The notes beneath the pieces were generated by a model, which made no database searches, had not been told where the DNA came from, and saw nothing but the letters and a program-made list of their open reading frames with translations. The position numbers and the translations under genes are program-made. This document shows, one piece after another, positions 19,156 to 27,412 of a DNA stretch of 64,000 bases (position 1 is the first letter of the stretch; the number at the start of each line of letters is the position of its first letter). The stretch covers positions 64,001 through 128,000 of IMG/VR virus record IMGVR_UViG_3300030390_000715, one strand, 5' to 3'. The stretch comes from a virus.

Positions 19156-19905
19156 ATGATTGAAGACAAGCTCGACACGATGGGCGAAGCTTTGGTAGCT
19201 ATCGCAAAAATTCAGGATAAATTTGAACATGTTACAGATTTTAAATTGGACTATGGCGACCTCGAATGCGAAACTCTTCCTACAGGTCGTACATACAAAA
19301 CACCAGACGGTGAGAAATACCCTTCAATAACAACTGTACTGAGTGTTAATTCTGGCGACTCTATCGCTAAATGGCGCGCTCGTGTTGGTAACGAAGAAGC
19401 TGATAAGATTTCATTTAGAGCCTCAACGCGTGGTACACTCGTCCACGAAATCATCGAAGACTATATTAACAACAAAGAAGACTACGCTAAAAAGTATATG
19501 CCTAATATCGTTGCTAATTTTCTTGATGTTAAGGATATCCTAGATAGTCGTATAGGTAAAGTTTACGCGCAAGAAGTACCTTTGTATTCTGATCATTTAG
19601 GCATAGCGGGTCGTGTTGACTGCGTGGCTGAGTTTGACGGCAAGTTGTCGATCATCGATTTCAAAACATCTACGCGCACAAAGCTCCGTAAGTATGTTTT
19701 GAATTATTTTCAGCAAGAAGCCTTCTATGCAATTGCTTGGGAAGAACGTACTAAGTTACCTATCACGCAACTGGTTACTATTATCGCTGTAGACAACGAA
19801 GCACCTCAAGTCTTTATTGAACACCGTGATGTACATGCGCCAGAGTTAATTAAAACAATAGCCAAATATAGAGAGAAGAAAGATGCCGAACAAAGAAGTT
19901 TCTGA
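19156..19905 (+). CDS. PD-(D/E)XK exonuclease (Cas4/MGME1-like)
   Basis: YPSITTVL, RGTLVH, E, AGRVD, IIDFKTS, Q..Y. Confidence 0.85.
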   Translation: MIEDKLDTMGEALVAIAKIQDKFEHVTDFKLDYGDLECETLPTGRTYKTPDGEKYPSITTVLSVNSGDSIAKWRARVGNEEADKISFRASTRGTLVHEIIEDYINNKEDYAKKYMPNIVANFLDVKDILDSRIGKVYAQEVPLYSDHLGIAGRVDCVAEFDGKLSIIDFKTSTRTKLRKYVLNYFQQEAFYAIAWEERTKLPITQLVTIIAVDNEAPQVFIEHRDVHAPELIKTIAKYREKKDAEQRSF

Positions 19906-20215
19906 ATCAGCCGAGTACGAGAATTTCGTGGGTCAGACAGAAGTACCCGTAGATAATGAGCCTGCCAGTCTCGCAGAATTTGCTGGCATGGAAGATCCTA
20001 AGAAAGAATGGAAGAAAGAATGGGTCGGTATGCCCGAATTTGTACAGGAAGATAATCCTACATATAAGACTATATCAATGCACTTTCGCAACCAAGAAGA
20101 CTACGAGGAGTTCGCTAAGTTGATAGGGCAACCTCTGACTAAGAAGACAAAGAGTACATGGTATCCTAGATTAGATCGAAGCGCAAATTCGCTACTGCGA
20201 TGGGTTGAAGATTAA
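19883..20215 (+). CDS. Small protein coupled to the GREB1/TAGT-like glycosyltransferases
   Basis: WVGMPEF, HFRNQED, LT.KTKSTWYP; operonic position. Confidence 0.6.
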   Translation: MPNKEVSESAEYENFVGQTEVPVDNEPASLAEFAGMEDPKKEWKKEWVGMPEFVQEDNPTYKTISMHFRNQEDYEEFAKLIGQPLTKKTKSTWYPRLDRSANSLLRWVED

Positions 20216-21073
20216 ATGATCGAAAGAATATACATACCGACTGTTCGAAGATGCGACAATCAAATTACGTTCGAGAATCTTCCTAGAGATTTGCAGAAAC
20301 GAGTTGTGATGGTTGTTGAGTCTGGTGAGCGACACCTGTATGAATATGATTGTGAGTACCTAGAAATACCCGAAAGCATAGTAGGTACTTGGACACAGTT
20401 AGCACAGACTAGATTGTTCATTCATAAACATGCAGGAGCAATTAAGTATTGTGTAGCCGACGATGATATAAAAATTCGAAGAAGAAACGCTAAGTATTGG
20501 ACTGGTCAGTCTAACATGGAAAAGTCTAAACAAGATGCGACCTCAGAAGAAATACTTGATATGTATGAAACTGTGGATAAATGGCTCGACGAAGAGCCTA
20601 TAGGAGTTGTTGGTCTTTCTGATAGTTTGAGTCCACCTGCGACCAATGTTTATCAGGATACGAAAGGCGTGTTCTCTTATGTATTTTATGATGGTAGAAT
20701 GCTTTCAGAGATTATCGATGATCTGGACATATGCTCATTGAGAGTAGCAGAGGATCTCCTGTTTCTCTTTGAGGTACTATCTAGAGGAATAAATACTAGG
20801 CAGTCTACCGAGTGGCTGTATGATAACAAAAGCATGACTGATAAAAAACTTGCGGAATCTAGAATAGTCTGGTCAGAAATGTATAAAGATGGTGACGAAA
20901 AGCCGGTCAACTACTTTCAAGGTGAAGAGCATTATGACGCTATGAGATTCATTCAAAGCAAGTATCCCCACTGCATGAAAATTTTCGAAAAGGATGGAAA
21001 GATGAAAAACGTCAAATATTGGAAAAGAGTATACCAACCTCGGGATACATCTAACTTAATGGAGTTCTTTTAA
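20216..21073 (+). CDS. TET-associated/GREB1-like glycosyltransferase (putative DNA base modification)
   Basis: IYIPTVRR, TR, ADDD, AED motifs. Confidence 0.65.
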   Translation: MIERIYIPTVRRCDNQITFENLPRDLQKRVVMVVESGERHLYEYDCEYLEIPESIVGTWTQLAQTRLFIHKHAGAIKYCVADDDIKIRRRNAKYWTGQSNMEKSKQDATSEEILDMYETVDKWLDEEPIGVVGLSDSLSPPATNVYQDTKGVFSYVFYDGRMLSEIIDDLDICSLRVAEDLLFLFEVLSRGINTRQSTEWLYDNKSMTDKKLAESRIVWSEMYKDGDEKPVNYFQGEEHYDAMRFIQSKYPHCMKIFEKDGKMKNVKYWKRVYQPRDTSNLMEFF

Positions 21074-22005
21074 TGACTGATGCACGTTACCCGATATACA
21101 TTATTTCGAAGGGTAGATCAGATTCGATGGTATCTTCAAACTCATTAGCGAGAATGAAGATACCTCACTACATATCAATAGAACCTCAAGATTGGGATGA
21201 TTATGAGAAAGCACTTGATAAATTTGGTACTCGCGATTTTGTTACTCTTCTATTACTTCCCTTTAGCAACCACGGAGATGGTCCGGGTCGCGCTAGGAAT
21301 TGGTGTTGGGATCATTCTATTACTTTGGGTGCTAAACGCCATTGGGTTCTGGACGATAATATCGCTGACTTTTATCGTCTACATAATAACCAAAGAATAC
21401 GAATAGAGAGTTCTGCATTCTTTAGACCTATGGAAGATTTTGTTGATCGCTACACTAACGTAAAGATTGCAGGTCCACAATATAGATTCTTCTGCGCCTC
21501 TAATCAATCGTATCCTGCTTATGTAAAGAACACCCGAATCTATTCATGTCTGCTTATTGAGAATGATTGTAAACACAGATGGCGTGGTCGTTACAACGAA
21601 GATACTGATCTTAGTCTTCGAGTGATGAAAGATGGTGACTGTACGATCCAGTTCAATGCGTTCCTTCAAGGTAAAATGCCTACGCAAGCTTTGAAGGGTG
21701 GTAATACTGCTGAGTTTTATCATAAAGAAACTGGGCTAGATGAAAATGGTGTTGCTATTCAATCTGGTGAGCTTGTTAAATTCGAAGGTAAATACAATGC
21801 CGCAGGTACTGTAGCAAAGTCGCAGATGTTGGTTGACATGCACCCAGATGTAGCTACAATGGTATGGAGATATGATCGTTGGCATCACCATGTCAACTAT
21901 GATTCTTTCAAGAAGAATACGCTAAGGAAAGTTGATGGTCTTGTAGTACCGAAGGGTATCAATAATTACGGAATGAAATTAATTAATAATTATGGAGGAA
22001 AGTAG
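21073..22005 (+). CDS. GREB1-like glycosyltransferase (putative DNA base modification)
   Basis: YPIYIISKGR, ARN, LDDNI, IYSCLLI, WRGRYNEDTDLS, KGGN, HHHVNY. Confidence 0.75.
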   Translation: MTDARYPIYIISKGRSDSMVSSNSLARMKIPHYISIEPQDWDDYEKALDKFGTRDFVTLLLLPFSNHGDGPGRARNWCWDHSITLGAKRHWVLDDNIADFYRLHNNQRIRIESSAFFRPMEDFVDRYTNVKIAGPQYRFFCASNQSYPAYVKNTRIYSCLLIENDCKHRWRGRYNEDTDLSLRVMKDGDCTIQFNAFLQGKMPTQALKGGNTAEFYHKETGLDENGVAIQSGELVKFEGKYNAAGTVAKSQMLVDMHPDVATMVWRYDRWHHHVNYDSFKKNTLRKVDGLVVPKGINNYGMKLINNYGGK

Positions 22006-22011
22006 AGTTAT

Positions 22012-22566
22012 ATGAATATACGAGACGCGACAAAGGCGATGCATGATAAGGTAGAGGAAACACCCTTTGCTATAAAACTGATGACCGGTAAATTGTCGAG
22101 GCAGGAATACTTCAATTATCTTAAAGTACAGCGACACATTTTCTCTGATATGGAATATCGTTGGAGCTATGACATTTTGAATGGACTGGCTCGAACGACC
22201 AAGATAGATGCCGATATTGATGAAATGTTACGAGGTGACCAACCTCTCGAAAACAATAATTTTGATGCTACACTCATGCTTGAGATATGCGAATATAGCC
22301 GCTTCATGGGCAGATGCCGTGATCCAGTAACAAAACTTTATACAAAAGACTATGAGATCGCGAACATATATCTAAACTATATGGGTTTAATGTTCGGTGG
22401 TGGTATTGCGGCGAAGCTAGGATACACCACTGAAGGTAACATTTATAACTTCGAGAGCCGAAATGAATTGATAAGATACATTCGTAGCTTAGACGTAAAC
22501 GCTGATATTGTTAATGAAGCTTTTCAATACCATATAAACATTTTTGAGGCTTTGGATAACCAATGA
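22012..22566 (+). CDS. hemO: Heme oxygenase
   Basis: IRDATKAMHDKVE (proximal His), YLNYMGLMFGG distal helix, EA..AF..I.IF. Confidence 0.85.
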   Translation: MNIRDATKAMHDKVEETPFAIKLMTGKLSRQEYFNYLKVQRHIFSDMEYRWSYDILNGLARTTKIDADIDEMLRGDQPLENNNFDATLMLEICEYSRFMGRCRDPVTKLYTKDYEIANIYLNYMGLMFGGGIAAKLGYTTEGNIYNFESRNELIRYIRSLDVNADIVNEAFQYHINIFEALDNQ

Positions 22567-23249
22567 GTGTACTCTGGAACAAACTGCACGAATTTTCACA
22601 TTCACTTGAGACCATCATTCATGACGGCTTAGGTGATTGTGACGAGTTTACAGCGACTTACGATAACACCGTTGTTGAGAATGGCATTCATAAAAATGTT
22701 ATGTTTCAGAGCGAGAAGTTGGATTTAGGTCATATCTCTATTATTGATATGCGAGAGAAGCGCGGTATGTGGATGATGCACTTCGCATGTTTCGCTGACG
22801 GTGATTATCCTATGCCTATATTCGGCTTTGATATTATTTGTGGAAAGAACAAGGTCACTGGTTGTTTTCATGATGTATCACCTGTTGGAGTTAAGAGTCA
22901 AGCAGAACAGGATTTTCGCGAGAACGTGAAAGAGTATGTTCCGGAAAGGACTAGAGAGTTGCCTCCTTGGGCAAAAGAAATCTTCTCTGACAGTATGCTC
23001 GTTCAAGGTGTCACTAAGAATGAAGATGACATAGACAATCTAACAAGAATAGGATTAGCCAATCTAACGTCTTGGATAAGTGAGTTGTCAAGTAGAGATG
23101 AAATGCAAAATTGCATGACCTATCGAAATGCCTTATCGAAGTATTGTTATAATCAGCTTCAGAATACTAACTCAAAGAATGTAATGATATCATTAGGATT
23201 AGAAGAAAGTTATGTCGATAAATTTAAACGTGTCCAGTTCCCCTATTAA
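22563..23249 (+). CDS. pcyX: Ferredoxin-dependent bilin reductase, PcyX-like
   Basis: MMH, PIFGFDII, FHDVSP, RELPPWAKEIFS, YC.NQ..N; coupled to the heme oxygenase. Confidence 0.8.
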   Translation: MSVLWNKLHEFSHSLETIIHDGLGDCDEFTATYDNTVVENGIHKNVMFQSEKLDLGHISIIDMREKRGMWMMHFACFADGDYPMPIFGFDIICGKNKVTGCFHDVSPVGVKSQAEQDFRENVKEYVPERTRELPPWAKEIFSDSMLVQGVTKNEDDIDNLTRIGLANLTSWISELSSRDEMQNCMTYRNALSKYCYNQLQNTNSKNVMISLGLEESYVDKFKRVQFPY

Positions 23250-23637
23250 AAAAGCTCTATGGTATATCACAGGAATGGCTAGTCTAGTACTAGCCTATAT
23301 CGGCTTTATCACTCCTGGTATTCCATTCTCTTGCTTCCTAGTATTCTCTGCATATTGCTTCAGTAAGTCTTCGAAGAAAATGCACGACTGGCTATACAAT
23401 CACAGGTGGTTCGGTCCCTTTCTCACAAACTGGACGGAATATAAAATATTTCCCACACCCATGAAATACTCGATGGTCATTGTCATGTCTTCGAGTGTAA
23501 TCATTCTCTGGCTCACTACTGAGAGTTTAAAAGCTGTACTCTGGAGTGGTGGTTTTATGTTTCTTGTCGCTTGTTGGGCATGGACATATCCAGGATCAAA
23601 AAAGGAATGGGACAAAAGAAATTCAAAAAAAGCTTGA
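23212..23637 (+). CDS. ybaN: YbaN/DUF454 family inner-membrane protein
   Basis: LAYIGFITPGIP...F.KSS.KMHDWL..H..FGP...NW; several hydrophobic helices. Confidence 0.8.
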   Translation: MSINLNVSSSPIKKALWYITGMASLVLAYIGFITPGIPFSCFLVFSAYCFSKSSKKMHDWLYNHRWFGPFLTNWTEYKIFPTPMKYSMVIVMSSSVIILWLTTESLKAVLWSGGFMFLVACWAWTYPGSKKEWDKRNSKKA

Positions 23638-23663
23638 CAATATCTCCCAGTGTGTTGTATAAT
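23634..23663 (+). promoter_or_regulatory. sigma70-type early promoter
   Basis: TTGACA-18-TATAAT followed by AGTACTTCATT...AGAGAGATAAGATTATG, as at 7581-7623. Confidence 0.75.
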
Positions 23664-23692
23664 AGTACTTCATTGATTAGAGAGATAAGATT

Positions 23693-23983
23693 ATGAAACG
23701 ACAACTAACTAACGCAGAAGCCGTTACTAAATTCCGTAGTGCTAAGGTGATGGGTGACTTTAATACAGAACTGGCACTAGCGAATGATAACTCACGTATT
23801 ACGAAAAGAGAGTTAGACGAAATCATATGTCAGTTTCAGGATTCAGGCGTAGCTGATTGGTCCGATAGTATGCTTGCGTCAAAGCTCGAAACATTCCAGA
23901 AGCGGACGCTCGATTATGCCACTGACATGCGCACACTTAAAGTTTTGGAAAAGAAACGTGACGAGATTTTATGGGGTCTTTAA
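23693..23983 (+). CDS. Early hypothetical protein
   Basis: First ORF after the early promoter. Confidence 0.65.
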   Translation: MKRQLTNAEAVTKFRSAKVMGDFNTELALANDNSRITKRELDEIICQFQDSGVADWSDSMLASKLETFQKRTLDYATDMRTLKVLEKKRDEILWGL

Positions 23984-24004
23984 AAGCTTGACAGGGAGAG
24001 TGAT

Positions 24005-24208
24005 ATGACGATAAAAAGAGAAGATTTTGAAATATTTGACCAATCTTACATGATGTACGCAGAAGGTTGTCAATATGATAAACCTACTGAGGTTGATGTA
24101 TCACTGGCCGTGTCCCATGCTTACTATTATGCATACAATATAGAGATATTTTTTGATAGTCTTCAGAAATTCTGGCGATGGACTTGTGACATTAAGAGAT
24201 CCAATTGA
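24005..24208 (+). CDS. Hypothetical protein
   Basis: GGGAGAG RBS. Confidence 0.55.
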   Translation: MTIKREDFEIFDQSYMMYAEGCQYDKPTEVDVSLAVSHAYYYAYNIEIFFDSLQKFWRWTCDIKRSN

Positions 24209-24223
24209 AAAGAGAGATACAAA

Positions 24224-24682
24224 ATGACAAACTTAGAACAGCTAAAAAACGAGAAACAATTTACGGATATAGAAATATTAGATTTTGCTAAGAAAAATCT
24301 CAGGTTTACTACCGATGGTTCTGGAAAGACTCAACTGCATGTGCTATGTGATGTTAATACTGTTGACGGTAATGCTGTTCTTGTCGGCGGTAATGTTGGT
24401 AGTGTTGACGGTAATGTTGGTAGTGTTGACGGTAATGTTGATGTTGTTCGCGGTGATGTTGATATTGTCGGCGGTAATGTTGATCTTGTATTCGGCTGGG
24501 GGGGTGATGTTCGCGGTAATGTTCGCAAGGTTGGCGGTGATGTTGAAGATGTTGTCGGTAGTGTTGATACTGTTAGCGGCAATGTTCGCAAGGTTTACGG
24601 TGTTGTTGAAGATGTTGTCAGTAATTCTTATGCTGTTAGCGGTGGTGTTGTTCTTGTCGGCGGTGTTCCTTATGATAGTTAA
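24224..24682 (+). CDS. Short-repeat (V-x-G-[ND]-V) beta-helix-like protein
   Basis: Imperfect 21-nt tandem repeats encoding VDGNVGS/VRGDVDI. Confidence 0.6.
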   Translation: MTNLEQLKNEKQFTDIEILDFAKKNLRFTTDGSGKTQLHVLCDVNTVDGNAVLVGGNVGSVDGNVGSVDGNVDVVRGDVDIVGGNVDLVFGWGGDVRGNVRKVGGDVEDVVGSVDTVSGNVRKVYGVVEDVVSNSYAVSGGVVLVGGVPYDS

Positions 24683-24968
24683 ATATCGAAAAAAACCAGT
24701 AACAATCGAGGCGATGCTATATATCTATCCCGCCTGTGATATATTAAAAGTATGGCTAGGCAATTCTTGTGGCACAGAATCGTTGCCGCGAGTTGGAGCG
24801 AAAGGTGAGCTTGAGATAGTTACTTTAGAAGACGGCTTTGACGCTAGAGTCTGTCACGTTGCTACTGAGGGCGATTACATCATTAAGGGTGTTCAAGGGG
24901 AATTTTATTCCTGCAAACCCGATATTTTTGATATGACTTATGAACTGGAATATTTGGTATCAAATTGA
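24672..24968 (+). CDS. Conserved phage protein (KKPV.IEA...GDYIIKGV.GEFY.CKPDIF..TY)
   Basis: Recognisable widespread phage motif; true start is ATG 24672, not 24285. Confidence 0.75.
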   Translation: MIVKYRKKPVTIEAMLYIYPACDILKVWLGNSCGTESLPRVGAKGELEIVTLEDGFDARVCHVATEGDYIIKGVQGEFYSCKPDIFDMTYELEYLVSN

Positions 24969-24987
24969 CTAGGCAGGGAGAGCATGA

Positions 24988-25194
24988 ATGAACCACAAAG
25001 AGCGTAGCTATCTAATCAAACAGGTTATTGACGCGGCAAAGTCTCATGCAAAGTGTGGAAACCTACACCACAAAAAATCCCATCAGCATTTAGATGGATG
25101 GATCTGTCCGGCTGAGACCGAGCTAGAAGCGGCTATTTATAAAGTGGAACTAATGTTACAGAAGGGAGAGCATAAAAGTAATGAGCATTTATAA
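24988..25194 (+). CDS. Hypothetical protein
   Basis: GGGAGAG RBS. Confidence 0.55.
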   Translation: MNHKERSYLIKQVIDAAKSHAKCGNLHHKKSHQHLDGWICPAETELEAAIYKVELMLQKGEHKSNEHL

Positions 25195-25363
25195 GGTAAA
25201 ACTTACATATAGGTATTTTGATGTTGTTGATTTTTATGTTTTTGATGTTGTTGAGGTTGAAGCCGATAATGAGAAAGATGCGCTAAAAAAAGCGACTGAG
25301 CTTTTAGATGACGCGGATTACGAGAGTCTTGAAGATAGCAAAATACTTGAAGTCAACAACTAG
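25181..25363 (+). CDS. Hypothetical protein (VEVEA.NE..A motif)
   Basis: Overlapping small early gene. Confidence 0.55.
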   Translation: MSIYKVKLTYRYFDVVDFYVFDVVEVEADNEKDALKKATELLDDADYESLEDSKILEVNN

Positions 25364-25372
25364 GAGAAAGTC

Positions 25373-25594
25373 ATGAGTAATACTAATACACCACAAGAAT
25401 TCATGGCCGCTTACGATATAAACAATAGTGACGGGTCTGCTACCCTTAATTTAATGAAGGCAGCTTTACTTCCAAGCTGGCGCGAAACCTTTAAAAAATT
25501 AGAAGCATCTAGCCAGTTAGAAAACAAAAAACGCCGAGTCAGAGCGGCAACAACAGGAGAAAGTTATGATACTAATTCTAAGTCCGAAAGATAG
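25373..25594 (+). CDS. Hypothetical protein
   Basis: AGGAGAAAGTCATG junction. Confidence 0.55.
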   Translation: MSNTNTPQEFMAAYDINNSDGSATLNLMKAALLPSWRETFKKLEASSQLENKKRRVRAATTGESYDTNSKSER

Positions 25595-25760
25595 TCTGTC
25601 TAAGTTGACGCTAGAGAACGTCGAGTCTTTTGCTCAAGAGGGTAATACGCTTTTAGTAGTGTTTGAAGACGGTCGGGCACGAAACTATCCTCTCGTACAT
25701 TTGTGGTATTACCAAAGCACCACCAAGCTACTAGGAGAAAGTGGTGAAAATAACAGATGA
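25566..25760 (+). CDS. Hypothetical protein
   Basis: AGGAGAAAGTTATG junction. Confidence 0.55.
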   Translation: MILILSPKDSLSKLTLENVESFAQEGNTLLVVFEDGRARNYPLVHLWYYQSTTKLLGESGENNR

Positions 25761-25914
25761 CGAAACTTTGCAGGAATTTATCAGCAATCATTTAGACGTA
25801 CAAGATTTTGGTTTTTTAGTTATAGCCAATGATGACTCGTTAAACCATCAGGCTTTAAGCCTTATACGTAGCAAGCTAAAAGCGTTCCTTGAAGGAGAAA
25901 ATGATGAAAGATAA
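25744..25914 (+). CDS. Hypothetical protein (56 aa)
   Basis: Translated by hand (MKITDDETLQEF...); AGGAGAAAGTGGTG junction. Confidence 0.5.
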   Translation: MKITDDETLQEFISNHLDVQDFGFLVIANDDSLNHQALSLIRSKLKAFLEGENDER

Positions 25915-26089
25915 AAAACTTATAAAAGCGGCAAAGAAGTTAGAGGATGCGGCACAAGAGTATAGGTACTTGCATCAGAAAGGGAGTGAAAGGGACGCTC
26001 TTATCTGGATACAAAACAACACAACTGGCGAGGGTGTTTTTATAGCTGACAATTTAAACATGGAACTTATAAAGGCAAGGTATTGTTAA
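25901..26089 (+). CDS. Hypothetical protein
   Basis: AGGAGAAAATGATG junction. Confidence 0.55.
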   Translation: MMKDKKLIKAAKKLEDAAQEYRYLHQKGSERDALIWIQNNTTGEGVFIADNLNMELIKARYC

Positions 26090-26109
26090 TCAACAACTAG
26101 GAGAAAGTG

Positions 26110-26568
26110 ATGGAAATTGATTTGATTGAACTGATTTTCTGGACGATATGCGTATCTGTAGTGGTAATGTGTATTGTGGAAATGATTAATAGCCCTAACA
26201 ACCCTAATGGGTATAAACATGATGATGCGCTACGCAAGTTATGCGGGGCTAACGTCCGTATAAGCTATGGTTTCAGATTTGTTACTTACGAAAGTTTGTG
26301 CGGTAAAAATAGAGTCGATTTTCCACTAGATAAAGACCTATTACGCCATATGAATAAAGACCTATTAGACTGTATGGAAACGATGCCCTGCTGTCCTTCA
26401 AAAGAATTTTCTCCACTTTATATAGAGTGGCAAGGAGAGAGATTTGTGTATGTGGGTTATTACGATGTGAATAATTTAGGTAGGGGTTCTGGAGATAAGG
26501 TAGTTGGAGAAAGGTATGGCAAACATTTTGGAGAGTATGGATATATGTCAGGAGAAAGTGATGAATAA
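26110..26568 (+). CDS. Hypothetical protein with an N-terminal membrane anchor
   Basis: AGGAGAAAGTGATG junction; hydrophobic LIFWTICVSVVVMCIV. Confidence 0.6.
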   Translation: MEIDLIELIFWTICVSVVVMCIVEMINSPNNPNGYKHDDALRKLCGANVRISYGFRFVTYESLCGKNRVDFPLDKDLLRHMNKDLLDCMETMPCCPSKEFSPLYIEWQGERFVYVGYYDVNNLGRGSGDKVVGERYGKHFGEYGYMSGESDE

Positions 26569-26758
26569 GGAAAACAGCATAAAAAATGAATGGGACAGAC
26601 TCAAAAAAGAACACCCCGCGATTGTATCTGACGATGAAATGCAAGAAGCGCACGACTGCATTGAGCAACAAGCGCACGACTGCATTGAGCAACAAGTCAT
26701 TGATTACTGTAACCAGACTAATGTTAGCGATGGCAGTACGGCAAGCTACTATGAATAA
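26561..26758 (+). CDS. Hypothetical protein with a 24-bp tandem duplication
   Basis: AGGAGAAAGTGATG junction; AHDCIEQQ occurs twice. Confidence 0.55.
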   Translation: MNKENSIKNEWDRLKKEHPAIVSDDEMQEAHDCIEQQAHDCIEQQVIDYCNQTNVSDGSTASYYE

Positions 26759-26915
26759 ATTAATAATAGCTAAAATATTTTTGGGGTTAGCTTTAGGGCT
26801 TGTGGTAGCTGGTGTTACATTTCCTGATTTTGGGTTGGTAGAGCTTATTGTTTTTAGTGCATTTACTCTGGGGCAATTTGCTGTATACCTAAAACTGAAA
26901 AGGTGGAAACGATGA
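26751..26915 (+). CDS. Small two-TM membrane protein
   Basis: MNKLIIAKIFLGLALGLVVAG...; overlaps the previous stop. Confidence 0.5.
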   Translation: MNKLIIAKIFLGLALGLVVAGVTFPDFGLVELIVFSAFTLGQFAVYLKLKRWKR

Positions 26916-26960
26916 TAATGGATGATGATTTTGGCTGGCGATAACAGCAGGAGAAAAGTG

Positions 26961-27203
26961 ATGGATAAATGCAAAAAATGCCCTGATGGAGAGATGGTGC
27001 TCAAAATAGAAGATTACGAATTTCAGCATGAGGGAAAGCCGTTAGTGGTGCCGAGTCCTTACCATGAGTGTAATTCGTGTGGCTTCGACATGGTTTCTTA
27101 TGAGCTATCGGTACTGAACGATGCACTAGTCCATCACGCCAAAAACAAATCGTCTAACAGAACACCATTCTCAAACTGCATTGGAGATAAAAAATGGATA
27201 TAA
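26961..27203 (+). CDS. YgiT/MqsA-type zinc-finger protein without HTH
   Basis: CKKC.DGEMV....Y.F...G..LV......ECNSCG; AGGAGAAAAGTGATG junction. Confidence 0.65.
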   Translation: MDKCKKCPDGEMVLKIEDYEFQHEGKPLVVPSPYHECNSCGFDMVSYELSVLNDALVHHAKNKSSNRTPFSNCIGDKKWI

Positions 27204-27215
27204 TAGCGAAAAATC

Positions 27216-27243
27216 TTGACATCCCTTGTGACCTTGATATACT
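27216..27243 (+). promoter_or_regulatory. sigma70-type promoter, duplicate of 7559-7586
   Basis: TTGACA-16-TATACT. Confidence 0.65.
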
Positions 27244-27276
27244 AGAGACTGCACCATAAAACGATCACTCACAACC

Positions 27277-27301
27277 AGCCTTCTTTCGAGAAGGCTTTTT
27301 T
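27277..27301 (+). terminator. Rho-independent terminator
   Basis: AGCCTTCT-TTCG-AGAAGGCT followed by a T run. Confidence 0.85.
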
Positions 27302-27309
27302 AATTCCAC

Positions 27310-27338
27310 TTGACAAATGGTAGAAGACCTGCTATAAT
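27310..27338 (+). promoter_or_regulatory. sigma70-type promoter for thyX
   Basis: TTGACA-17-TATAAT with extended TG. Confidence 0.8.
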
Positions 27339-27412
27339 ACAACCTGATCGACAATCTCGTAAATTGGTGAATTCCTAGGTGGTGCGTCGATCTTATTTTA
27401 ACTTAACTGGAG

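Noticed and set aside
19156-19905. Cas4 of a CRISPR system
   Set aside because: No Fe-S cysteine set, other cas genes or array; it matches the common phage exonuclease type.
22012-23249. Evidence for a cyanophage (ho1-pebS/pcyA)
   Set aside because: Motifs fit PcyX better and no photosynthesis genes appear in this window; the host cannot be fixed from this segment alone.
24285-24671. Long hydrophobic N-terminal part of the 227-aa ORF
   Set aside because: Alternate-frame reading of the GTT repeats; the recognisable protein starts at ATG 24672.
26282-27004. 240-aa minus-strand ORF
   Set aside because: Lies opposite several plus-strand genes with strong RBS junctions; no recognisable domain.
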